DNA from: a virus | Strand: one strand, 5' to 3' | DNA length: 64,000 nt | Virus record (IMG/VR): IMGVR_UViG_3300044988_000363 | Shown: in pieces, positions 29,989-39,618 of the stretch | Numbering within the stretch: the stretch's first letter is position 1 | Layout of the letters: the number at the start of each line of letters is the position of its first letter | The notes under the pieces: generated by a model | Told to the model about the DNA's origin: nothing | Seen by the model: the letters and a program-made list of their open reading frames with translations, nothing else | Database searches by the model: none | Made by a program: the position numbers and the translations under genes

Positions 29989-30054
29989 GCTGGACCTCCG
30001 ATCAGGTTTAGAGTAGGTGAGGATTCCCGTCCTGCGACCTACACTTCTATTTAG
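29977..30054 (-). promoter_or_regulatory. Conserved two-hairpin leader, copy 3
   Basis: CTAAATA..GTAGGT-cgc-AGGA-cgggaa-TCCT-c-ACCTAC-TCTA-a-ACCT-gatcgg-AGGT-c-CAGC-ATGGATATTTAT. Confidence 0.8.
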
Positions 30055-30222
30055 TATTCCGAGGTTTTGATGAAATCGTGGAAAGAACTTGACTTCCGAG
30101 AGCAAATAGAGTATATTAGACAGGCTGAGTATCTCCAAGAAAAAGGATACTTTCCTGGAATAGATCCTTTTGTAGTTGCGGAAATGTTGTATCGGAAAAG
30201 GAAGTCAAGAAAGGATTGAAAC

Positions 30223-30645
30223 ATGGGTCTTGATATGTATCTCTACGGTAATAAGTGTTCTTTTTCCAAAGAACAAAAGGTCGATGGATTTCCTGTTTCG
30301 TCTGTGTTACTTGAAATGGGTTATTGGAATAAACGTGTCAACCTTCATGGATTTATCGTTGAAGCCTTTGCTGCCGGATTTGATGATGGCCAGAAGATCG
30401 ATCTAGATAAAGATGACCTTGATTATATTATTAATGTATGGGAGAATGATAGCCATTATGATGAACTTGTAACAGGTTTTTTCTTTGGTAAGGCTTATTT
30501 CACAGAGGAAAAAGACGAATACGATCCTCATGAGGAACAGAAGGCTCGTGATATAGAACTATTCACGAAGGCTAAAAACTGGCTAACTGAAGAACATTCT
30601 AAGGATGAATATCGTTCTATCTATTACGAAGCATCGTGGTTATGA
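30223..30645 (+). CDS. Hypothetical phage protein
   Basis: MGLDMYL...YW.K...LHGFIV...GFFFG...YEASW. Confidence 0.7.
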   Translation: MGLDMYLYGNKCSFSKEQKVDGFPVSSVLLEMGYWNKRVNLHGFIVEAFAAGFDDGQKIDLDKDDLDYIINVWENDSHYDELVTGFFFGKAYFTEEKDEYDPHEEQKARDIELFTKAKNWLTEEHSKDEYRSIYYEASWL

Positions 30646-31176
30646 GGAGATTGTAGAATGACAGCGTTTGAAGCAATATTATGGTTAGAATCAACGTCAC
30701 AGTATTTCAGCAAACGACCAACAAACGGTGAAGATCAAGCATATTGGTCTAATGTGTATAACTCTGAAAACTGTTTGAAGATTGCCGAACTAATAAGAGA
30801 ATTATGTAAAGATGACTGACGATAAGGACAGACACAATACCGCAGAATATTTTATGAACCGTATTCTACCAGAAACATATATGCTACTGAACCGCATCAA
30901 AGCTGGTAGCGATACAATGATGGTAGCAGAATTATGAGTAAAGAATTAATAGATCAACTTAACGGATTTGCTGATTGGTTAGAAAAGAACAATAATGTTC
31001 ATTGTTTCTCTGTTCCACGAAGAGCAGCAATTACAATTGAAAGATTAGAAGAAGAAAATCGTCAGATGCGTTTGCAACTTAATAAACGTGATTTGTATTT
31101 GTCAGACTACCTCAACAGAGCAATAGGATTTGTTTTGTTTACTATATACAAAATAAAGAAGAAATGGAAAAAGTAA

Positions 31177-31463
31177 TGTATGAGTATCAAGCAAAAATTC
31201 TAAGAGTTGTAGATGGTGATACAGTGGAAGCTGAAGTTGATTTGGGTTTTCACATTAAAATGAATATGACAATTAGATTAGCTGGTATAAATGCACCGGA
31301 AATGAAAACTGTTGAAGGCAAAAAGACAAAAGCTGAGTTGATAACTTTATTAGAAAATAAGACAGTAACCATTTTAACTCTCAAAGACAAACAAGAAAAG
31401 TATGGTAGATATTTGGGAATTATAATGAAGGGCAATCAAAATATCAACGAATGGTTGGTATAA
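31177..31463 (+). CDS. Thermonuclease (SNase-like) protein, apparently truncated by a premature stop
   Basis: RVVDGDT...DLGF..IRLAGINAPE...KYGRYL; the frame continues QKMAVRYYV after TAA at 31461. Confidence 0.75.
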
Positions 31464-31773
31464 CAGAAAATGGCGGTAAGGTATTATGTATGATGAACTA
31501 TTTGATCTTGATCTTAATGGTGGCATTCCACACGGCGGCTAATGCAGCAGCTGTTAATGATGGACCATTGAACGTATATCATTCATTAAGCGATAATCCT
31601 ACTGGCGAAACTCCTACGTATAGTTGGCAAAGAACTCCAACTCCAATGGGTAATGCTGCTAGTAGAGGTTATGCACCAATTGGAGGAGCATCAACTATAG
31701 GCACAGTAGGTGCGGGTTCGACAAGAATAATAATTCTTGAACCTGATGTTCCTGTAGAATAAAGGAACAATAA

Positions 31774-32139
31774 ATGAATCTATTTCAAGAAGGAAACTTT
31801 ATATCCCATGCTGGACACGAGTTAAATTGGAAAATTGAGTGTGATGCATTAACTGAAGAAGACTGGGATTGTTTAGCAAGGATTATACATGAGCGTACTA
31901 GGTTTGGTAGTGTTTACGGTATTCCTCGTGGCGGCGTTAAACTGGCGTTAGCTTTAGAAAAGTATATTACTCCAGGACATCCATTGCGTTTGGTTGTTGA
32001 TGATGTATATACTACAGGCAAGTCGATGAAAGAAGTAATGAAAGATGATGATTTAGGCTTCGTTGTATTTGCTCGTAATCGTATTCCATTTGATTGTAAT
32101 AATTACATTCGTGCTATCTTTACCATGGACATTATATGA
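31774..32139 (+). CDS. Short phosphoribosyltransferase-fold protein (PyrE-like)
   Basis: FISHAG..L.WKIECDAL, GIPRGG, LVVDDVYTTGKS PRPP-binding loop. Confidence 0.75.
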   Translation: MNLFQEGNFISHAGHELNWKIECDALTEEDWDCLARIIHERTRFGSVYGIPRGGVKLALALEKYITPGHPLRLVVDDVYTTGKSMKEVMKDDDLGFVVFARNRIPFDCNNYIRAIFTMDII

Positions 32140-32940
32140 ATGAACTGGATGAAATTTTATTAGACCAATATCATGCAGCAAAAAGAACTATGAGAGTGAT
32201 AAAAACATTTAAAATATTATTTCCTGAAAGCAAAGAAGTTCTACAAGCAGAAGAAGATAATAAACTTAGACAAAAATTCTTCGAAAACATGATAGAAAAT
32301 AAAAGTCTACTCAATAAAAAAATAAAGAAAAAACGTAAACAAAAATCTCAAGATATTTTGGATAAAAATCCTATATATTATGTCTACAGAAATACTATCA
32401 TGGCAGCAGTTTTTAGTTATATGTTTTTCTCTGGCTCTGCTCGAAAGTATTGGAAACAATTTAGAAAAAATAAAAATGAAAAAACCTAACGTGGATAATA
32501 TGATAGAAATATCAGAAAATGTAATGAGACAAGCTGTCCAATTTATTCCTGAAGAAGAAGAGTCTGGTATCAGAACAGTTTTGAAAGCTGCCGATGAATT
32601 CAAGGCAGCTAACATGACTCCCATGTTTATTATGGATAGACATAGCATGTCGATATATGTGGTTGCTAAGGAGACTTTTGGTAAAAAACTACATTAGAGG
32701 TATCTCATGAGTAGATCATACAGAAAACATCCAGGATTTGGTATTACTACAGCATCTAGTGATAAACCTGGAAGAAAAATGGATCATCGTCGTTACCGAC
32801 ACTATTATAAAGATAGAATTCGTCATGAAGAATATGACGACATAGAACCACCAAATTACAAAGAAAATCCATGGAGTTGGCCAAAAGACGGTAAACAATA
32901 TTGGTTAGATGCTACTGATCGTGATATGAGAAAATAGTAT

Positions 32941-32971
32941 TTGACTTTTAAATGGGGTTATAGTATAAATA
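32941..32971 (+). promoter_or_regulatory. Overlapping sigma70-like and T4 late promoters for pmoC
   Basis: TTGACT-17-TATAAA, where the -10 box lies within a perfect TATAAATA. Confidence 0.7.
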
Positions 32972-33051
32972 ATACCAAGAGTGGCAGTTGACTGTCACCA
33001 ATGACGAAACTACTGACCACTTGATTTTTATCTCTTAATGGAGAATTATAT

Positions 33052-33813
33052 ATGAGTACAGTAACTACTACTGCAGTTGCAGATAAGGCAGACGTCGTCG
33101 ATCTCCGTGGAATGTGGATTGGCCTAGCCCTTCTAAACACATTCTATCTCATTGTCCGTATCTATGAACAGGTTTATGGCTGGCGTGCCGGACTTGATTC
33201 ATTTGCTCCAGAGTTTCAGACATATTGGATGTCTATTCTTTGGACAGAGATTCCTCTTGAGCTAGTTTCAGGACTTGCTCTTGCTGGTTATCTTTGGAAG
33301 ACAAGGGATCGTGCCGTTGATAGCGTAACTCCTCGTGAGGAAATGCGTCGCCTCGTAGTTCTAGTTCAGTGGCTTGTTGTTTACGCAGTAGCAATCTACT
33401 GGGGAGCATCATTCTTTACTGAACAGGATGGAACCTGGCACATGACAGTTATTCGTGATACTGACTTTACTCCAAGTCATATCATCGAGTTCTACATGAG
33501 CTATCCAATTTACTCAATCATCGCAGTTGGCGCATTCTTCTATGCTAAGACTCGTATTCCATACTTTGCTCATGGATACAGCCTAGCATTCTTGATTGTT
33601 GCTATCGGACCATTTATGATTATCCCTAACGTCGGTCTAAACGAGTGGGGTCATACATTCTGGTTCATGGAAGAGCTGTTCGTTGCTCCGCTTCACTGGG
33701 GCTTCGTGTTCTTCGGCTGGATGGCACTTGGTGTATTTGGTGTTGTTCTCCAGATCCTAATGCGTATTTCTGCTCTCCTTGGTAAGGAAGGCAGAGCACT
33801 ACTAGCTGACTAA
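33052..33813 (+). CDS. pmoC: Particulate methane monooxygenase subunit C
   Basis: GWRAGLDSFAPEFQTYW, WGASFFTEQDGTWHMTVIRDTDFTPSHIIEFY, PNVGLNEWGHTFWFMEELFVAPLHWGF; resembles type II methanotroph PmoC. Confidence 0.97.
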   Translation: MSTVTTTAVADKADVVDLRGMWIGLALLNTFYLIVRIYEQVYGWRAGLDSFAPEFQTYWMSILWTEIPLELVSGLALAGYLWKTRDRAVDSVTPREEMRRLVVLVQWLVVYAVAIYWGASFFTEQDGTWHMTVIRDTDFTPSHIIEFYMSYPIYSIIAVGAFFYAKTRIPYFAHGYSLAFLIVAIGPFMIIPNVGLNEWGHTFWFMEELFVAPLHWGFVFFGWMALGVFGVVLQILMRISALLGKEGRALLAD

Positions 33814-33819
33814 AAAAGT

Positions 33820-33847
33820 AAGGGGGAGGTATTGACTTCCCCCTTGT
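33820..33847 (+). terminator. Hairpin after pmoC
   Basis: AAGGGGGAG-gtattga-CTTCCCCCTT. Confidence 0.7.
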
Positions 33848-33918
33848 TCTATATTATATTATAAATGTATCGCCGTAAGGGATACAAATCTAAAACTCGC
33901 TTAACAGGAGAAATAAAA

Positions 33919-34365
33919 ATGAATGAACCATTTTCTTTCAATACAGGTAACATCGACAAGTGGTTTGTTGGCGCTGATAGAATGTTAAAGAACATTGCTA
34001 ACGCACAAGAAACCTACGCAAAAGCAACCAACTGGCCTCCATATAATATCGTAAAGACTGACGACAATCATTATACTATTGAACTTGCAGTGGCTGGTTT
34101 CGGTAAGCACAATCTCGACATTGAACTAGCTAATAACACCCTTGTAGTAAAGGGTGGTTTGACTGTTGATGATATGACTGAAGAATCAGTCAATCCTGTC
34201 CAATATCTATGGAAGGGAATTGCTGATCGAGTATTTACCCGCAAGTTTACTCTTGCTGATTCAGTTGAAGTGAAAAATGCTGAATATATTAATGGTATGC
34301 TAAAGATTTTCCTAGAGAATGTTGTTCCTGAGGAAAAGAAAGCAAAGAAAGTAGACATTAAGTAA
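33919..34365 (+). CDS. hsp20: Small heat-shock protein (Hsp20/IbpA family)
   Basis: WPPYNIVK, IELAVAGF, YLWKGIADRVFTRKFTLAD, NGML.I.L. Confidence 0.95.
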   Translation: MNEPFSFNTGNIDKWFVGADRMLKNIANAQETYAKATNWPPYNIVKTDDNHYTIELAVAGFGKHNLDIELANNTLVVKGGLTVDDMTEESVNPVQYLWKGIADRVFTRKFTLADSVEVKNAEYINGMLKIFLENVVPEEKKAKKVDIK

Positions 34366-34375
34366 TCTTCTAAAT

Positions 34376-34402
34376 AAGGGAGGGCTTCGGTCCTCCCTTT
34401 TA
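34376..34402 (+). terminator. Intrinsic terminator
   Basis: AAGGGAGGG-cttcgg-TCCTCCCTTTT. Confidence 0.8.
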
Positions 34403-34419
34403 TTATTAGGAGATATACA

Positions 34420-35085
34420 ATGGCTACATTTAAAGAAGCGTTCGCTGCTGCGAGAAAAGCTGGCAAAGAAACATTTGTTTACGATGGTAAACTATACACT
34501 ACAGACGTTGCTGTTAAGGAAGCAGACGAAACAAAGTTCGTAACTGTTACTAACACTGTTAAAGATTCAAGCGTTCCTTCCGTATCTAAGCTCAAGAAAA
34601 ACGTATGGCCTCTACAGTCAGAGTTGCGTAAGAAGTTTGGTGTTCCAGATTATGGCGGAACATTTAAAAAGAATATGGTCCAGGTAAATCTACCATACAC
34701 AATGTGGATGGATGATATTAAAATTACTAAAACTTGGATGAACAAGCTTTGTGCTGATTCTCTAATTCGTGTTTTGACTCATGTTTGGGATGCAAACGAA
34801 AGAGATTACGATAAAATCAAAGCGCAACAACTACATATATTTTCAGGTTCATGGAACATTCGTAACATGCGTGGTGGTCATTCTCTTTCCACTCATGCTT
34901 TTGGCCTTGCAATTGATATTGCTGCTCCATACAATATGCTAGGCAAAAAGCCAGGTTATAATAAATTCTCTTTCACAGAAAATTCTGTAATCGTCAAAGC
35001 ATTCGAAGCTGAAGGATGGGTATGGGGCGGGCGTTGGGATAAACGTCCGGACGGTATGCATTTCCAGGCTGCAAGAGTTGGATAA
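34420..35085 (+). CDS. Peptidase M15-family peptidoglycan hydrolase (endolysin-like)
   Basis: R.MRGG..LSTHAFGLAIDI...GWVWGGRW..PDGMHFQ. Confidence 0.88.
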   Translation: MATFKEAFAAARKAGKETFVYDGKLYTTDVAVKEADETKFVTVTNTVKDSSVPSVSKLKKNVWPLQSELRKKFGVPDYGGTFKKNMVQVNLPYTMWMDDIKITKTWMNKLCADSLIRVLTHVWDANERDYDKIKAQQLHIFSGSWNIRNMRGGHSLSTHAFGLAIDIAAPYNMLGKKPGYNKFSFTENSVIVKAFEAEGWVWGGRWDKRPDGMHFQAARVG

Positions 35086-35147
35086 TTTGACTTATATAGT
35101 GAAACACTATATAATTAATTCGATTGTATAGTAGAAAGGTAGTAATT

Positions 35148-36947
35148 ATGGATTGGAGAAAGCTAACTCCTTGGGTTCTATTAATGCTTGCAGGTTTAAC
35201 TCTGTTTGCAATTTGGAACGATACGGCAACTCAAAGAAAACACTCTCTAGAAGTTAGTTTCAGTGATTTAGTTACTGAAATTGCTGAAGGTAGAGTTCAT
35301 GATATTACAATTTCAGGAAATGAAGTTGTAGGTCGATTTAATGACAATCGTTCGTTTGAAACTTATGTTCCTTCTGTAACTACATTCTTACAAAAGATAG
35401 AAGGTAAAAAAGTTCAGATCAATGCAAAAGCTCCTGAAGAATCCGGATTGTTGATGAGTATTTTTATCAACCTTCTACCTATTCTAGTATTCTTTGGTCT
35501 TTGGATCTGGATCTCCCGTCGTGCTGTAGGGCGTGGAATGGGCGGAGCCATGGGCATGGGCAAGTCAAAGGCAAAGTTACTTAATCCAGAAGAGATTAAA
35601 ATAACATTCGAAGATGTTGCTGGTGTTGATGAAGCAAAAGCAGATCTAGAAGAAGTTGTAGAATTTCTTGAAGATCCGCATAAGTTCGAACGTCTTGGTG
35701 GTAAAATTCCACGTGGTGTTCTACTTGTTGGCCCTCCAGGAACTGGTAAGACTTTGCTTGCCAAAGCAGTTGCTGGCGAAGCAGGTGTTCCTTTCTTCCA
35801 TCTATCAGGTTCAGACTTCGTTGAAATGTTTGTTGGCGTAGGCGCATCTCGTGTGCGTGATATGTTTGAACAAGCAAAGAAGAATGCTCCTTGTATTATC
35901 TTCGTTGACGAAATTGATGCTGTTGGTCGTAACCGTAATGGCGGAAGCTTCGGCGGTGGTAACGATGAACGTGAACAAACCCTTAATGCATTACTTGTTG
36001 AAATGGATGGATTTAATGACAATGAAGGTATCATCATTATTGCAGCCACAAACCGTGTGGATGTGCTTGATCCTGCCCTTCTTCGTCCTGGCCGTTTTGA
36101 TAGACAAGTTACTGTATCCAATCCAGACATTACAGGACGTGAGAAAATTCTTAAAGTCCATACTCGTAATGTTCCTTTGGGGGCAGACGTAGATCTAAAG
36201 GTTGTTGCTCGTGGGACTCCTGGATTTTCAGGCGCTGATTTAGCAAATCTTATCAACGAAGCAGCACTAATGGCAGCAAGACGTTCAAAGCGTATTGTCA
36301 CTGCTCTTGAGTTTGAAGACGCACGTGATAAAATTCTAATGGGTGCTGAACGTAGAACGCTTCTCATGACTGATGAAGAAAAGAAGATGACTGCTTATCA
36401 TGAAGGCGGACATGCTCTTGTATCTCTCAAGATGGAAGGTTCTATTCCAATTCATAAGGCAACAATTATTCCTCGTGGCCGAGCACTGGGTATGGTTCAA
36501 TCTCTACCAGAGCGTGACCAAATCTCTCAGTCATACAAGGAAATGATTGCTCATTTAGCAATGGCAATGGGCGGACGTGCAGCAGAAGAATTAGTCTTTG
36601 GGTCAGAAAACGTAACTTCTGGCGCTGCAGCTGATATTCAGCAAGCATCAAAAATTGCTCGTGCTATGGTTACACAGCTTGGGTTTTCTGCCAAGCTTGG
36701 CAAGGTGGCATACACTGAACCAAACTCAGATGTATTCCATGGTCCAAAGGTTGCAGAAGAAACACAAAAGACAATTGATGATGAAGTAAGAGGCATTCTG
36801 GATGATGCTTATTATACTGCATATACTATTCTAAAGAAAAATAGAAAAGAACTAGACACTCTTGCTAAGGGTCTACTAGAATACGAGACTCTTTCAGGTC
36901 AGGAAATTCTTGATCTATTAGATGGAAAAGTACCGCTGAGAGACTAA
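35148..36947 (+). CDS. ftsH: ATP-dependent zinc metalloprotease FtsH
   Basis: Two TM segments, [44 protein letters not shown]. Confidence 0.97.
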   Translation: MDWRKLTPWVLLMLAGLTLFAIWNDTATQRKHSLEVSFSDLVTEIAEGRVHDITISGNEVVGRFNDNRSFETYVPSVTTFLQKIEGKKVQINAKAPEESGLLMSIFINLLPILVFFGLWIWISRRAVGRGMGGAMGMGKSKAKLLNPEEIKITFEDVAGVDEAKADLEEVVEFLEDPHKFERLGGKIPRGVLLVGPPGTGKTLLAKAVAGEAGVPFFHLSGSDFVEMFVGVGASRVRDMFEQAKKNAPCIIFVDEIDAVGRNRNGGSFGGGNDEREQTLNALLVEMDGFNDNEGIIIIAATNRVDVLDPALLRPGRFDRQVTVSNPDITGREKILKVHTRNVPLGADVDLKVVARGTPGFSGADLANLINEAALMAARRSKRIVTALEFEDARDKILMGAERRTLLMTDEEKKMTAYHEGGHALVSLKMEGSIPIHKATIIPRGRALGMVQSLPERDQISQSYKEMIAHLAMAMGGRAAEELVFGSENVTSGAAADIQQASKIARAMVTQLGFSAKLGKVAYTEPNSDVFHGPKVAEETQKTIDDEVRGILDDAYYTAYTILKKNRKELDTLAKGLLEYETLSGQEILDLLDGKVPLRD

Positions 36948-37125
36948 AAAAGATTGGCTCCCTCCTCTTAGGTCTAAGAGTCTAACGAGAGCGCTGGATT
37001 ACCAGGTGTCTATAGTTGAGTGCGCATTATCTATAGATGGAGCCTTTACTTTTCAATAGAAGTAGTTTATAATACTATGTTTGCATCTGTGGGACTATGT
37101 CCGGATTGCGTTTATTGGAGGATGG

Positions 37126-39609
37126 ATGTTTTATACAAATGTGTTTCAACGTGGAAACCGCATGTATGTGCGGGGATTTGATAAGGGTTTAAGATATACT
37201 GACATTGTAAATTATAAACCATATTTGTTTATTGCTAAACAGAATGGTAAATATAAGACTCTTGATGGAAAGCCAGTAGAAAAACTAGAATTTGATTCTA
37301 TTGCTGATGCTCGTGATTTTATTGGCCGTTATGATCAAGTTTCTAATATGGAAATCTATGGTCTAACAACGTTCCCATATTTGTATATCTTTGATGCATT
37401 TAAAGGCGATATTGACTATGATCCAAAGATTGTCAACATTGCAACGATAGATATTGAGTGTGCTGCTGATGAAGGTTTCCCGGATATTCAAAAGGCTGAT
37501 AAGCCACTTACCGCAATTACTTTGCGCAGCCGTAATCGTAATTACGTATTTGGTTGCGGAGAATTTAACAGTGACGACCCAAATACATTTTACACCCAGT
37601 GCAAAGACGAATACGAACTCATCCAACAGTTTCTCCACTGTTGGGAAGGATTAGACATAGACATTATCACTGGATGGAACATTGAGTTCTTTGATATTCC
37701 GTATATTGTTAATCGTATTAAAAATCTCTTTAATGAAAGAGAAGCTAAACGCTTATCGCCATGGCGTATTCTCGACGAAAAGATTGTCGAGTTCAGAGGG
37801 AAGGAAAACCAGTCTTATAATCCTGCTGGAATATCCGTTCTTGATTATTACCAACTATATCGTAAATTTATGTTTGGCAATCAAGAGTCATATAAACTGG
37901 ACTTTATTGCTCAGGTTGAACTCGGCGAAAAGAAGATTGACTATTCGGAATATGGTAACCTTCTTGAGCTCTACAAAAATAACTACCAAAAGTTTATTGA
38001 ATATAATATTCACGATTGTATTCTTGTTGATCGTCTAGATGATAAGTTAAAGTTCCTTGAACAAACTATGGCATTGTCTTATGACGCCAAGGTTAATTAC
38101 CCTGATGTTATGACAACTGTTCGTCCATGGGATATCATTATTCATAACTATCTTCTAGAAAAGAATATTGTTATTCCACCATTGAAGCGACAGCTTATGG
38201 AAGGTTCTCTAATCGGCGGTCACGTTAAGGAACCTAAGATCGGATTAAGTAAGTGGGTTGTATCTTTTGATTTGAATAGTCTGTATCCGCATTTGATCAT
38301 GCAGTATAACATTAGTCCAGAAACATTCGTAACTAGAATTCCGTTTTCTTCAGTTGATGAATTGTTGCGTGGAACTTTTGAAGTTGATAAGTTCAATAAA
38401 GATTATTCTCATGCAGCTAATGGTTGTTTATATCGTAAAGACGAACAAGGTTTCTTGCCTGCTCTGATGGAACGTATGTATAATGACCGCACCAAGTATA
38501 AAAAGTTGATGCTTGAAGCAAAGCAGAGATATGAGAACAATCCTAACGCTGAAGATGAAAAGCTAGTTGCTCGCTATCATAATATGCAAATGGCCAAAAA
38601 AATTCAGCTAAACTCGGCTTATGGTGCATTGGCTAATCAGTTCTTCCGTTGGTTCAGTTTCGATCACTCTGAAGCAATTACAATGTCCGGTCAGCTTTCG
38701 ATTCGTTGGATTGAAAAGAAGATGAACTGGTATATGAATAAACTTCTTAATAATCATAATGTAAAAGATATAGATTTTGTTATTGCATCAGATACAGATT
38801 CTATTTACGTTGAAATGGATCATTTGGTAGCTCACCTAGATACTACTGATGAATTGAAAATTGTCGCAGCAATTGATCAATTCTGTGAACAAAAAATTCA
38901 ACCATATCTTGATAAGTGTTATGCAGAGCTTGCAGAATATATGAACGTTTATCAACAAAAGATGCAAATGAAGAGGGAAACAATTGCAAATAAAGGGATC
39001 TGGCGTGGCAAGAAGATGTATATCCTCAATGCTTGGAATGTTGAGGGTGTTCAATATTCGGAACCGAAACTCAAGCTCCAAGGTATTGAGGCGGTACGTT
39101 CAAGCACTCCAAAAGCGTGTCGAGAGAACATTAAAAAGGCTCTAGGTATAATTATGAACGGATCTCAAGACGAGCTTCAAAAGTTCATTGAAAAGTTTCG
39201 TGAAGAATTTATGCAGTTACCTTTTGAAGATGTAGCCTTTCCACGTGGTGTTAAGGGCATGTGGAAATATAACAAGGATAAGTCTCAGATTTATGACAAA
39301 GGATCTCCGATTCATGTCAAGGGAGCATTAATCTTTAATCATCTATTGATTAAAAACAAAATTAACAGCATTCCTAAGATTCAGGATGGTGATAAGATCA
39401 GGTTTGCGTATTTGAAGATACCTAATCCTGTCAGAGAATCAGTTATTGCTGTCCCTGATGAGATCCCTAGAGAGTTAGCCTATATAAATGATTACATAGA
39501 TCGTGACGTTCAATTTAATAAATCATTTCTAGAACCTCTCAATTCAATTACTGACGTAATTGGTTGGGCTACAGAGAAAAGATCCACTCTGGATGACTTT
39601 TTTGCATAA
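37126..39609 (+). CDS. gp43: Family B DNA polymerase (T4 gp43-like)
   Basis: ExoI DIE, GWNIEFFDIPY, SFDLNSLYPH, KIQLNSAYG, SDTDS; GGAGG RBS before MFYTN. Confidence 0.97.
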   Translation: MFYTNVFQRGNRMYVRGFDKGLRYTDIVNYKPYLFIAKQNGKYKTLDGKPVEKLEFDSIADARDFIGRYDQVSNMEIYGLTTFPYLYIFDAFKGDIDYDPKIVNIATIDIECAADEGFPDIQKADKPLTAITLRSRNRNYVFGCGEFNSDDPNTFYTQCKDEYELIQQFLHCWEGLDIDIITGWNIEFFDIPYIVNRIKNLFNEREAKRLSPWRILDEKIVEFRGKENQSYNPAGISVLDYYQLYRKFMFGNQESYKLDFIAQVELGEKKIDYSEYGNLLELYKNNYQKFIEYNIHDCILVDRLDDKLKFLEQTMALSYDAKVNYPDVMTTVRPWDIIIHNYLLEKNIVIPPLKRQLMEGSLIGGHVKEPKIGLSKWVVSFDLNSLYPHLIMQYNISPETFVTRIPFSSVDELLRGTFEVDKFNKDYSHAANGCLYRKDEQGFLPALMERMYNDRTKYKKLMLEAKQRYENNPNAEDEKLVARYHNMQMAKKIQLNSAYGALANQFFRWFSFDHSEAITMSGQLSIRWIEKKMNWYMNKLLNNHNVKDIDFVIASDTDSIYVEMDHLVAHLDTTDELKIVAAIDQFCEQKIQPYLDKCYAELAEYMNVYQQKMQMKRETIANKGIWRGKKMYILNAWNVEGVQYSEPKLKLQGIEAVRSSTPKACRENIKKALGIIMNGSQDELQKFIEKFREEFMQLPFEDVAFPRGVKGMWKYNKDKSQIYDKGSPIHVKGALIFNHLLIKNKINSIPKIQDGDKIRFAYLKIPNPVRESVIAVPDEIPRELAYINDYIDRDVQFNKSFLEPLNSITDVIGWATEKRSTLDDFFA

Positions 39610-39618
39610 GAGGAAAAT

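Noticed and set aside
29989-30138. N-terminal extensions of the endonuclease ORFs in the ORF track (also 8175-8216 and 59721-59762)
   Set aside because: They run through the conserved non-coding leader; the shared CAGC-ATG start is better supported.
31461-31463. Genome-wide stop-codon reassignment
   Set aside because: All long conserved genes read through in the standard code; this is an isolated case.
32990-33020. Hammerhead ribozyme in the pmoC leader (TGACGAAAC)
   Set aside because: No CUGANGA core with correctly placed stems.
35414-36367. 317-aa minus-strand ORF
   Set aside because: Antisense shadow of ftsH.
27668-36947. Host chromosomal contamination explaining ACAD, pmoC and ftsH
   Set aside because: The genes are AT-rich like the phage, interleaved with phage ORFs and T4-type promoters, and lack host operon partners such as pmoAB.
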